NCBI GenBank assembly: GCA_964016885.1
Contig: OZ024743.1
Span: 251,782,001-251,846,000 of the forward strand
DNA from: Eledone cirrhosa
Lineage: Eukaryota
DNA: 64,000 bases
Reading direction: 5' to 3'
Every line of letters starts with the position of its first letter. Within the stretch, counting starts at the first letter, position 1. Both the position numbers and the translations under genes were made by a program. Shown here piece after piece: positions 12,583 to 22,892 of the stretch. The notes beneath the pieces are model-generated. The model saw only the letters and a list, made by a program, of their open reading frames with translations, did not search any database and was not told the DNA's origin.

Positions 12583-13816
12583 ATCGTATAACGGAAATAA
12601 AAGACCATACGACCTCTGCGCCGCTGAAGCCCTGGAAATACTCTACGCCAAAGACCACATCTTAAACAAAAAATCTGAGGCAATTTCGTCTTGTAAACAT
12701 AAATTGCACAAAACTTTCCTGCCCCACATTATACCTTATAGTACGAACTATACGCGGATATTTTACGTCTTGATGTGGTAGTTAAGTATATGTCATGTTT
12801 ATACCATTACTTATTTGTATAGGTATGTATATATTACCTGTATGTTTTGTGAGGTTACGTATACTTTCTCGTACGTATATTTGCTTGTATATGTTATAGG
12901 CGTATATATTATATCATATATAGTGGTACATGTGCATATGGTTATGTGTATACGCGAATTTTGCGTCTGTGTGAGTATGCGGTTTCGTTCGTATGTAGGG
13001 TATGTGTATATGTGTACTTTGTGTTTTGGTTGACGTACGTTTAGCGAACATATGTGTATTTGCATGTAGGTATGTGTGTGCGCGCGTTATATACATATTT
13101 ATGTGTGTATATTTATATACGTTTATATAATTATATGTATACACACACACACGTTATTTTACTTGATATTTGCTCCTTGAGCTCTCTCTGCTGTTGAGCA
13201 CCATACATTGAACAGTATAGGCTGCCATTTCTAGCAGCTTGTACTGTTCATGCCACCGGTTACTGCCGCGCGCACGCATTTCCCTTATGTCTACACGTGC
13301 GAAGGGTAGTTTACTTTACTTCTCTCAAGTAGTGTGGACAATATCGGCCATCCACATGCTTATGACCCACCAGGCCGTATTGGAACCCACTAAAATGGCG
13401 AAAAATTCTCCTGGTGAGTGTTTACATGTGTGATTTAGGTGAGGTTGGTTTCTCATTTCAATTTATACTTTTAATTTTCATTTTTTCCTATGCCTCTAGT
13501 AACTTATATTCTCTTCACGCTTGTGGTTTGAAATTCCTGTAAAGAAAAACACACTCTTCTGTGTCTTTCCCCTCTATATATTGTATATTTTTTAATGTGT
13601 ATTTGGTGTATACGTTCGTATGTGTGCGGGTACAGGCGTTGCGTGGGTTCTGTATGTGCGTTCGTGTTTTTTTGTGTACGTGCTTGTATTTGCATACCCA
13701 TGGCGGGTGTTTTCGCGTATGCATGTGTATGTACGTCTGTGGATGCGCGCATGTATATATTTAATTTTTGTTGATTTCAATTGCCTCTGTAATTTATTTA
13801 CATTATTCATTAACCC

Positions 13817-13918
13817 CACCGGGGCTAACTTTGCCTTTCATCCTTACGGGGTCGATAAAATGAAGTACCAGTAATACACTGGATAATTGCTGGCCTTGTG
13901 CCTAACGTAGAAACAATT
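13817..13918 (+). mobile_element. SINE family A, 5'-truncated
   Basis: gcctttcatccttacggggtcgataaaatgaagtaccag...gtagaaacaatt. Confidence 0.85.
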
Positions 13919-13954
13919 ATTCTTAACTCTGAAGCCGAGAATCATTCGGTTTCC

Positions 13955-14236
13955 TAAATAGAATTTTAGTCTTCGACTTTAGTTATACCATAAACGTGGT
14001 TTGTCTTTGCGTGTAATTGTTCTCAACGCTCCACATATTGACGTATTATCTTTGTCTTTTCCGTTCATTGCCAGAGAACGTCTCCACGAACCACCTAATA
14101 AAATATTAGTCTACGACTTCATTTATACCATAAACGTGGTTTTATCTTTGCGTGTAATTGTTTTTCACCGCTCCAAATAATGACGTATTATCTTCGTTTT
14201 TTTCCGTTCTTTGCCAGGGAACGTTTCCACGAACCA
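13955..14236. repeat. ~140-bp tandem duplication in the PLE 3' region
   Basis: ttataccataaacgtggttt..tgcgtgtaattg..tgacgtattatctt..ccacgaacca occurs twice. Confidence 0.85.
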
Positions 14237-14298
14237 AAGTATCGTCTTCTTGTCTTCCTCCGGTTGCAACGTTGTTCGAAATATTTACTTCTGCGTTC

Positions 14299-14376
14299 AC
14301 AGATTGATTTTTTTTTAGTTTCAGAAGATACCGTTAAGGGTGAAAGCAGCGATTCTTTGCTTAAACTTTAATCTGT
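14299..14376 (+). ncRNA. Variant hammerhead ribozyme (CAGAAGA core)
   Basis: acagattga..agttt CAGAAGA t acc-gttaag-ggt GAAA gcag-cgattct-ttgc UU aaact ttaatctgt. All three stems pair. Confidence 0.6.
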
Positions 14377-14714
14377 TATTTTAATAAATATTTGCTCTAC
14401 GGTTCTTATATATTTGATATATATTTATCCTTATCGAGCCCTCTTTGGATTTTAGTCTTCAAATGTATTATTATTACTATATATATATATATACACACAT
14501 AAATAAGAAAGTAATTTTTTATATCCTACATGAGTGAAAATATAGGAAAATTGTTGGAAAAACACAATTGAAATCTTTAGGGAAATTTATTTACAACTTT
14601 AGAAGTTTCACAGTTTAATGATTTTCAAACGTTGAGTGAGATGAAAAGATGTGTTGCTATGCCTTGGTGTGTCTCACATTATATATATATATATATATAT
14701 ATATAGTCAAATAT

Positions 14715-15048
14715 ACACCCCATACCACTACCCCCAACTCCCCCACCCCCACCAACACCACCCATTTGTCTGTAAAGTTATGTTGGTACCACAGCATCCA
14801 ATTCTAAATAAATGAGGTTGTGTAGGTGTTACGACAAAAAAACACAGTCCACACTGTAATGTGGCCGTGTAGATAACACGGTAAAAACCTCCCAGTCCAC
14901 ACTGTAAACGTGGTTGGTGTTAGGAAGGGCATCCAGCCGTAGAAAACCTGCCAGACAGTCCTATACGAGCGAGATGACCAATCTTGCCTGAAGAGGGACA
15001 ATTAGCGTGGAAGATAGACGTTAAACAATGATGATGATGATGACGATG
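14715..15048 (+). mobile_element. RTE 3'-UTR fragment with (GAT)n tail
   Basis: Aligns to 62730-63077 (ggttggtgttaggaagggcatcc..gtagaaa..gacgttaaac.atgatgatg). Confidence 0.85.
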
Positions 15049-15067
15049 ATATATATATATATATATA

Positions 15068-15128
15068 TAGAAAAAAGTATGACCCCGACGGCAGAGCTCA
15101 AGCCGTTTCGATGGCTATTTCTGGACTC
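15068..15128 (-). mobile_element. HHR-3'-half mini-element, copy 2
   Basis: Minus strand reads ccagaaatagccatc GAAAC ggc ttgagctct gcc GTC ggggtcatac. Confidence 0.75.
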
Positions 15129-15325
15129 ATATATTGTTATATTTGTGGAGTGTCATATTGTTATAACATTGTCAAAAATACATAATAAAACACACACACT
15201 GTTTGGTTTTGGTTGGCTTTTGCTTCTGTATATTTTCTATCCTTATAGTTAATTTAGCTGGCAATCAATGTTTATCATTGATTGACCAACAGTTAAAAAT
15301 ATATATATGATGATGGTGATGATGA

Positions 15326-15386
<61 letters not shown>

Positions 15387-15395
15387 TATATAGTC

Positions 15396-15439
15396 TATCA
15401 AAGTTCTTTCATCACACAGCTGTGACATCATCAGTGATA
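15396..15439 (-). ncRNA. Minimal type I hammerhead ribozyme
   Basis: tatca CUGAUGA t gtcaca-gctg-tgtgat GAAA gaac UU tgata, lying 3' of the PLE ORF on the same strand. Confidence 0.82.
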
Positions 15440-16220
15440 CTATCATATTTCCTTCCATTCTATTGTAATGTCTACTTATTCTAGTTTTTATTTATTTATT
15501 CATTTGTTGTTGTCTCTGTTTGCACATACGTTTGTGTGTGTTTGGTGTGTGTTCGTGTATGAGTCTGTATGTTTGTATTCTATCTTTGTTCATTAGTGTG
15601 TTTATGTGTTGTTGTTGTTATTGTACCTGTATATATTTATTTATATTTATCTTAGGTCAGTATTGTGTGTTTTGTATATGGTTGTTGTTGTTATTCCATT
15701 CATTTGTTCTGTTCAACTTCGGTTTTCTTAGTTCTATTTCAGTTGCTTCCCTAATTTTTCTACCTGTTCAGTCATTTCTATGTTTATATATTATCTTAAT
15801 TTCTATGTTGTCTATATTACCAGGTAATACAGACAACATAGTCAGGTGTATTCATATAGTACCGAAGTGTCTTTTCGTCCTTTTAGTTTACCTCAGTATT
15901 GATGTGATCCCTCCTCTGTGCTCCAGGCTGTCTCTCCTTTGTATGTTGTCATGTTTCTGCAAGAACCCTCTGTACATCTTATGCTCTAGACTACATTTCT
16001 AGTTTTACAATTTATTTGTGGATTTATTCTATATATAACATATTTCTTATTAGTAAAGTGGATTTTTTTAAAGAGGTAAGTTTTGCTGATCAGGGATTTT
16101 ATGGTAGTTCCTGGCTTTTCTACCTTTTTAATCTTTAAATGGGTCTTTCATGGGGCCTTTCTAAATTGGTTAGCTAATTCACCTCCAGGGGTCGCATCCA
16201 CAAACATGACACACTGTTAT

Positions 16221-16326
16221 CTCGCCGAGGTTGACTTTGCCTTTCATCCTTACGGGGTCGATGAAATAAAGTACCAGTAACGCACTGGGTAATTGCTGGC
16301 CTTGTGCCTAAAGTAGAAACAATTAT
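16221..16326 (+). mobile_element. SINE family A, 5'-truncated, inside PLE
   Basis: Family A core and 3' end. Confidence 0.85.
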
Positions 16327-18184
16327 TGGATATCGCTGAGATTTTGTGCATAAGGTATTTGGAGGCCATGGATTTAGCATAATGTGAGTGGAGGATTTAG
16401 GTTTTCTCGTTTAAAGTGTTCAGCATCTAATACAGGTAGTCTATTGTTAGGGTGTTTGGAAGGGTAGTCGATAGTTACTGTGATGCTCTGGGTTATGGAA
16501 TTAGTTTCTAATTTGGGTTTATTGGTACTCTCTTGTGGGGGGGGGGGGGAGTGTTTTTATTACTATATTGATATCTACATAACAAGAGTACATGACAAGA
16601 GCTATGGAGTTCTCTGCTAGGTGTTTTCTGAGTCTCCTTTTCCTCCATACCATAAATAGCTTGGCAATATTGCCAGCTATGCTGACACCAATGGCTACTC
16701 CGTCATTCTCGGTGTAAATTTTCTGATTAAATTTGAACATGTGGCCCTTTAGGCCCCTACTGCATGTGCAATCATTTTTCTCATCTGATTCTTGCTCTCG
16801 GGTGTCCGTATAGCTTTGGTCCACCCATTCCATCTTCCTATGGGCGTCTTTTTAGCCATTGAAGTTAAGGTGTGTGTGTGGGGGGGGGGGGGTCTACCTC
16901 TTATTGATCTACTCGGACAGAAACTGTTAAGGTTATAATTATTTTAGATATTCTCAGTCACATGTAAGTCTAAATAGGAGGCCAAGTTCATCTGTGTCCA
17001 CATCACCAAACTCTACCTCACTCTCACTGATTATTTCTACACATTTTTCCATGGCAAAATCAGTGTCAGTGGATGGGTACAGGGATACTACATCCATACT
17101 GCCTATTATGCAGTTTGTCAAGTCTTCGGTGTAGTTGCATTCCTTGATTCTGCTAAGGAAGTCCTCCGTGCTGTCACATACATCTGGGGACATCTTAATT
17201 ATGGGATGTACAATCAGAGAGGAAGTAGGAGATCCTTTAGTTACTAGCAATATTGGCTCCACATACAGGTCTTGTTGGTGGTCCTGTCATACGGTCGTTA
17301 GCTGTTTTATGGTTTTTGCTGAGCCCATACAAGGGTGGTATGTCATTGTTAGTGGTATGAAAATTATTGGCTGTGCGTCTACTTGGTTTTAGAATGTCGG
17401 TCCACATCATCATGTAAGCATTGAGGATACTTTCTATTTCTTCACGTGTCTGTGGTGCTGTTTCGCTCATGTTGATGATGTGGGGTGGCATAGCCTTCAT
17501 GTAGTTTGGCATGCTATCTATTGACATTATATCAGATTTGTCTGTAGGTAGACACACTACCTCACCATCCCTTTGGTGCTGCATGAGGCTAAGTAAGCCT
17601 TCTGTAGGTTTTCTTCCAAGTTGTTGGACCTCTGGTCTGTTTTGTCTCCTAGTATATTGTTCTACTACCTAAGTTTATTTCTAGCTATGGTAAATTGTGC
17701 CTCTGTTTGGTTGTCTATTTGTTGTGGTATACAGACTGTTTCATTAAAAGATAATTTAGGTGAGTAAATTTTGTTCATCTTGTATGTTATATCAGCTGGG
17801 TTGAAGAACAGGTTCTCTAAGGTAGGCATGCAAACTGAGAGTCCTCCGAAGGCCACACATGACAACTAATTGCGCACATTACAACTAATATTTTAAATTT
17901 TATATTACGCTCGCACTGTAAAAACCTTTGTGTGGGCCGCAGGTGTGCTTGTAAAGGGCTGCATGTGGCCCACGGGATGCATGTTTGACATACCTGCTCT
18001 AAGGGGTTGTCATTAAATCTACCGTTATAGTTGTGTGTACAATTATTGTCGTTGTTTTCCTTACTGTTATCGTTGTTACTGCTATTTCTAGCACTGTGGT
18101 TGTTACATGTATTGTTGTTATGCCTATTGCTGTTATTATAGTTGTTGTTCTCTCTATTGTTATCGTTGTTGTTACTGCTATTTC

Positions 18185-18790
18185 TTGGCAGTATCGGTAG
18201 AGGGTCGGACGCCATGCTTTCCAGCACAGTTACGTCCCTTTACGATCTGAGTTCAAATCCCGCCGAGGTTGACTTTGCCTTTCATCCTTACGTGGTCGAT
18301 AAAATAAAGTACCAGTAAGGCACTGATTAATTGCTGGCCGTGTGCCTAAAGTAGAAACAATTATTTCTATCTCTACTATGGCGGTGGCTTGGCAGTATCG
18401 GTAGAGGGTCGGACGCCATGCTTTGATGCATAGAGTTACGGCCCTTGCCATTCTGAATTCAAATCCCGCCAAGGTTAACTTTGCCTTTCATCCTTACGGG
18501 GTCGATAAAATAAAGTACTAGTAATACACTAGGTAATTGCTGGCCTTGTGCCAAAAGTAGAAACAATTATTTCTATCTCTACTGCTATCATTGTTGTTGT
18601 TATTGCTATGGTGCTTTGGCAGTATCAGTAGAGCGTCAGACACCATGCTTTGCAGCATAGAGTTATGGGCCTTTACGTTCTGAGTTCAAATCCCGGCGAT
18701 GTTAGCTTTGCCTTTCATCCTTACGTGGTCGATAAAATAATGTACTGGTTAATTGCTGGCCTTGTGTCAAAAGTAGAAACAATTATTATT
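18185..18790 (+). mobile_element. Three tandem SINE family A copies (tRNA-derived head, Meta-domain-like core)
   Basis: Copies at ~18185-18365, 18380-18572 and 18610-18790, with A box tggcagtatcggtag, B box gttcaaatcc and core gcctttcatccttacggggtcgataaaat. Confidence 0.88.
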
Positions 18791-19592
18791 GTAGTTCGTA
18801 TTATACTTTTTGTTATTTATGTTTTTATTCCAATGGATTTTAGTGAAGGACTTTTCAATTTCCGACAAACTATGTACGGGCTTTAACTTGTACACAGTGA
18901 ACTTCGGTGGCAGTTGTAGTATATGTTGTTCTTCTTTGTTGGTTGTAGTGTCACCATAGATTTTTAGTGTATGGTCTTTGGTAAACTCTGTAGGTAATGT
19001 GACATGTGCCATATAAATATTGTCAATCTTGTCGGGGTATTTTTGTAAGTATTGTTGTTGTCTTTGTTCTTCATCCATCTTAATTTTTTTTATTAAAATG
19101 CTTTTTGCTTTCGCTTTGGGCGTATTTTGTTTCATGTCGAATGATACTCATGAATTCATTTATCTCATTTGGGTGGTGATACTTCGAATTTTCTTAACGT
19201 GTACACATTCTCTTTCTAAAGTTCGTTAACTTTTTTATATATTGTTCTTTTTATATTTATCACTAACGTTCCTTTTAGTTGTTCGGCTTCTTTTTTGTTT
19301 AGTGGAAACATTTCTACCTAAGTTGTAATGTTTCTAGTGTATATTTTAAAGGAAACAATGTTTCAAGAAGCGAATTTGTTCTGTTGTTATTGTAGTTCTT
19401 ATGTAAAAGAAAACAGTGTATTTCAATAACCTGTCGGCTAGGAATAAACTTGTGCTGTGACAGCGATGAATTTGGTTTGCAAGTTTCTGGATAAGAGATC
19501 GTGTGTTGAAACAAATGTTATATTTGGGGAGGGTCATATTGTTATAATATAGCCAGAAATATATAATAAAACACACTCACTATTTGGTTTGG

Positions 19593-19655
<63 letters not shown>

Positions 19656-19658
19656 TAT

Positions 19659-19935
19659 ATGTTAAATGGTTAAGATTTAATCAACTACCTTGAATAAATC
19701 TTAACCATTTAACATCTCAGGGTATGTCATGTATCATTATATTTTGTCTGATGAGGATGTACTGTTGTACCTCCGAAATATGTATTAAAAAATGTAATTG
19801 ATCAAAATAATTTTATTAATATTTGTATTTTAATATTAATAACTCTGGAAAATTATTTTTTCTTGTAGAGTGCTTCCAATCTACTGTAAAACTAATTCTC
19901 TGATATACTCATTGAATCTTGTTTAACTCTTTAAT
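19659..19935 (+). mobile_element. Solo pLTR-like fragment: 21-bp-arm hairpin followed by an HHR
   Basis: atgttaaatggttaagattta (19659-19679) is inverted at 19695-19715; the fragment lies between TA tracts. Confidence 0.65.
19736..19798 (+). ncRNA. Type I hammerhead ribozyme, slightly degenerate
   Basis: attatattttgt CUGAUGA ggatgtac-tgtt-gtacctcc GAAA tatgta UU aaaaaatgtaat. Confidence 0.7.
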
Positions 19936-19954
19936 ATATATATATATATATATA

Positions 19955-22377
19955 TCATCATCATCATTATCATCACCGTTTTACGTCCGTTCTTCCATGT
20001 TAGCATGGGTTAGATGGGTTGTCCTGTTGTGGGCAGTGTCTGGTCGGCTGACCATGCCTTGCTCATACAGGAACTGATTTTGGCATGATTTCTACAGCTA
20101 AATACCCTTCCTAACACCAACCTCATTTACAGTGAGTGCTGGGTGCTCTTTTCTGTGGCGCCTACACGTCCGTTTTACAGTGTGGGCTGGGTGCTTTTTT
20201 GGCCTGGCACCTGCACGACCACCTTGCAGTGGGAGGGGGTGGGGCATATTGTCTATATGCTTCAGCTTGTACCCATGGAAGGTCGGGTACTCTGTATTAC
20301 TGAGTGACGCCAGAGGTCACGGTCGTCTGTCATCGCCTTTGAGAGGTGTAATTGGGTAAGGTCGGGTTTTATCACCTCATCCCAGGTCTTCTTGGGTTTC
20401 CCCACTTCGCGGTTTCCATTGACTTCTAGTGCTCTGCACCTTTTTATGCAGCTGTCATCCTTCATACGCATCACATATCCATACCAACGCAACCGCCTCT
20501 CCTGCACACAGCATTTGATTCTTCTTATGCTCAGTCTCTCTCTCAATTCATTTATGCTTTGTCATTCGCGTATATTACCATTACACATCCATCGGAGCAT
20601 GCAGGCTCTGTTTCTTTCTAATCTACGTAAGTCTTTCACCTTCAGCGCCCAGGTCTCACTACCATGTGACATTGCTGTTCGGATACATGCATCATACAGT
20701 CTGTCTTTCATTTTGAGGGAGAAGCCTTTTGCAGCTAGCAGTGGCAGTAGTTCCCTGAACTTCTTCCATCCCGTTCTTACCCTAGTTATTGTACTTTCTG
20801 AACACCCACCTCTACTGCTAATTCGGTCACCTAGGTAGCAGAAGCTGTCTACTGTTCCTACAGAGCCCTCCCAGAGATTGGTGGTACTTGTTTCCTGTGG
20901 CTGCTTGCTGCTTGCTGTCCTAGCACAGCTGCTCCATGTGAAGCCTACATTCTTAATTAAGCTTCCTGAGATCCTGCTACATCTCTTGTGTACCCATTGT
21001 TTGCATTTGGGGCAGAGAATGGAGTTCCTACCTACACCTATCCTACATACTGAGCAAGGCCATTTCCCTGAGGGGATCTGGGTTCTGTTTTCTCGTCTAC
21101 TTACAAGGACCTTAGTCTTTGTCATGTTGACTTTGAGACCCTTTCTTTCTAGTCCCTGCTTCCAAGTTTGGAATTTCTTCTCTAGTTCTACCATAGATTC
21201 AGCTATAAGTGCGAGGTCATCAGCATACAGGAGTTCCCATGGGCATCCGGTCTTAAACTCCTCCGTTATTGCCTGCAGGACTATGATGAACAGGAGAGGG
21301 CTAAGAACAGAGCCCTGGTGGACACCAACCTGTACGCTAAATTCCTCACTATACTCATTGCTAATCCTAACTTTGCTGACTGCTCCCCTATACATGGTTT
21401 GTACAGCTTTCACAAGCCATTCATCTACTCCTAGTTTTCTAAGAGCCCACCAGATTACAGCACGTGGAACTCTGTCAAAGGCTTTCTTGAGATCGACGAA
21501 TGCCAGGTAGAGTGGCTTACTTTTAGCTAGGTACTTTTCCTGTAACTGCCTCACAAGGAAGAGGGCATCAGTGGTGCCTCTTTCTGGTACAAACCCAAAT
21601 TGCATCTCATCTAGTTTCACCCGGTCCCTATTAAACTGTGCTATAACTCTTTCTGTTACTTTCATGACCTGGTCCATCAGCTTTATACCTCTATAGTTTC
21701 CTCTATCTAGTGCATCACCTTTACTTTTGTAGCAGTTGACAATGATGCTACTGCACCAATCTTTTGTTATGACACCTTCTAGTATTACATGGTTAACAAT
21801 ACGTGTGGTTATAGTGTGACCTACAGACCCAGATGCCTTCAGCATCTCGGCAGCTATACCCGATGGACCGGTTGCCTTCCCCATCTTCATATCTTTGATT
21901 GCCTTACTTACTATGCTGCTGCTGACTTGTACTGCTGGCCCCTCTATAGGGTCTACTTGGAGTAGGGTCTTTTCTTCCCATGCATTCTCCTCATTTAGTA
22001 ATCTATCATAATGGCTCTTCCATGCATCTTTCTTCTCAGCACTTGTGAGAGCCTTTATCATTCCGGATACACTTCTCTCCAATGACATCACAATTCTCTC
22101 TGACACACTGCCTCGCAATCTTGAACACCTCCTGTTTCTGGTCCTCACGTTGCAAAGTTGCAAAACATGCTTGAATTTTCTATCCTCTGCTTCCCTCCTA
22201 GCTAAGTATACTTGTCGCCTAGCTTCCCTCTTGGTCTCTATGTAATGTACCCTGCTCCCTCCGTTCTTCCATTCTTTCCATGCCTGTCTCTTGGCCTTAA
22301 CTGCCTTATCTACCTTATTGTTCCACCACCATGTCACTCTCCTCCTGCTTGTGGTCTTACTCCAGCCACAGATCTCA
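19955..22377 (-). mobile_element. RTE-clade LINE, 5'-truncated, with frameshifts
   Basis: [44 protein letters not shown]; (GAT)n tail; closely similar to 22893-25565. Confidence 0.95.
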
Positions 22378-22380
22378 AAA

Positions 22381-22417
<37 letters not shown>

Positions 22418-22464
22418 CATATAAATATATATATGTATATATATATATAATGTGTATAATTATG

Positions 22465-22642
22465 ATATGACCATTATTCAGAAGAGTACTCAATACTTGG
22501 GATAGTAGAGTGTAAACATATAAGACAGAGTTGGGGCCCGGTAGCTGGACTCTTGCCATTTCGACAACAGCAAATATCAAACTCTGTTGTAATTTGCTTT
22601 CAAAACAGCAAGGGCTCAGCCACTGGGCCCAAACTCTCTTTA
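22465..22642 (-). mobile_element. HHR-3'-half fold-back mini-element, divergent copy 3
   Basis: gagtactcaatacttgggatagtagagtg tail plus inverted arms gagttggggcccggtagctg / cagccactgggcccaaactc. Confidence 0.65.
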
Positions 22643-22803
22643 ATATATATATATAAATATATATATATATTTTTGAAAGTAGGGTTTTCTAATTTATCCC
22701 ACAGGGATAAAGATATAGGAAAAAGAAGTTCAAATAGCAATTAGTGCCTTTAAGAATGTTTATTGACAAAATATTCTTAAAGACTCCAATTGTCATTTAA
22801 ACT

Positions 22804-22888
<85 letters not shown>

Positions 22889-22892
22889 TATA

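Larger units (their letters stand above)
11174..14478 (+). mobile_element. Penelope-like element, 5'-truncated with inverted pLTR, internally deleted
   Basis: RT motifs TLKDHK..RLINPTKSDLG, FDINNYYSSI, MGASDSAE, YHDDGL, YLDVTL, HSNHP, plus EN C-terminus at 12580-12720. 11174-11288 is an inverted copy of 14275-14391. Confidence 0.9.
15130..19595 (-). mobile_element. Near full-length degenerate Penelope-like element (second lineage; C-terminal GIY-YIG)
   Basis: RT pieces LPTDKS, PPLYGLSKNHK..GPPTRPVCGA, SMDVVSLYPS, GVAIG, YVD. EN reads NCKTRNVV*SIRC..YKGETA..KIREATEI..PKLNRTNEW (~16010-15695). 15130-15210 repeats the ORF start region 19515-19590 (pLTR tail). Confidence 0.88.

Noticed and set aside
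22378-22580. N-terminus of the 672-aa ORF 20562-22580
   Set aside because: It reads through a TA tract and a mini-element and is not part of the RTE protein.
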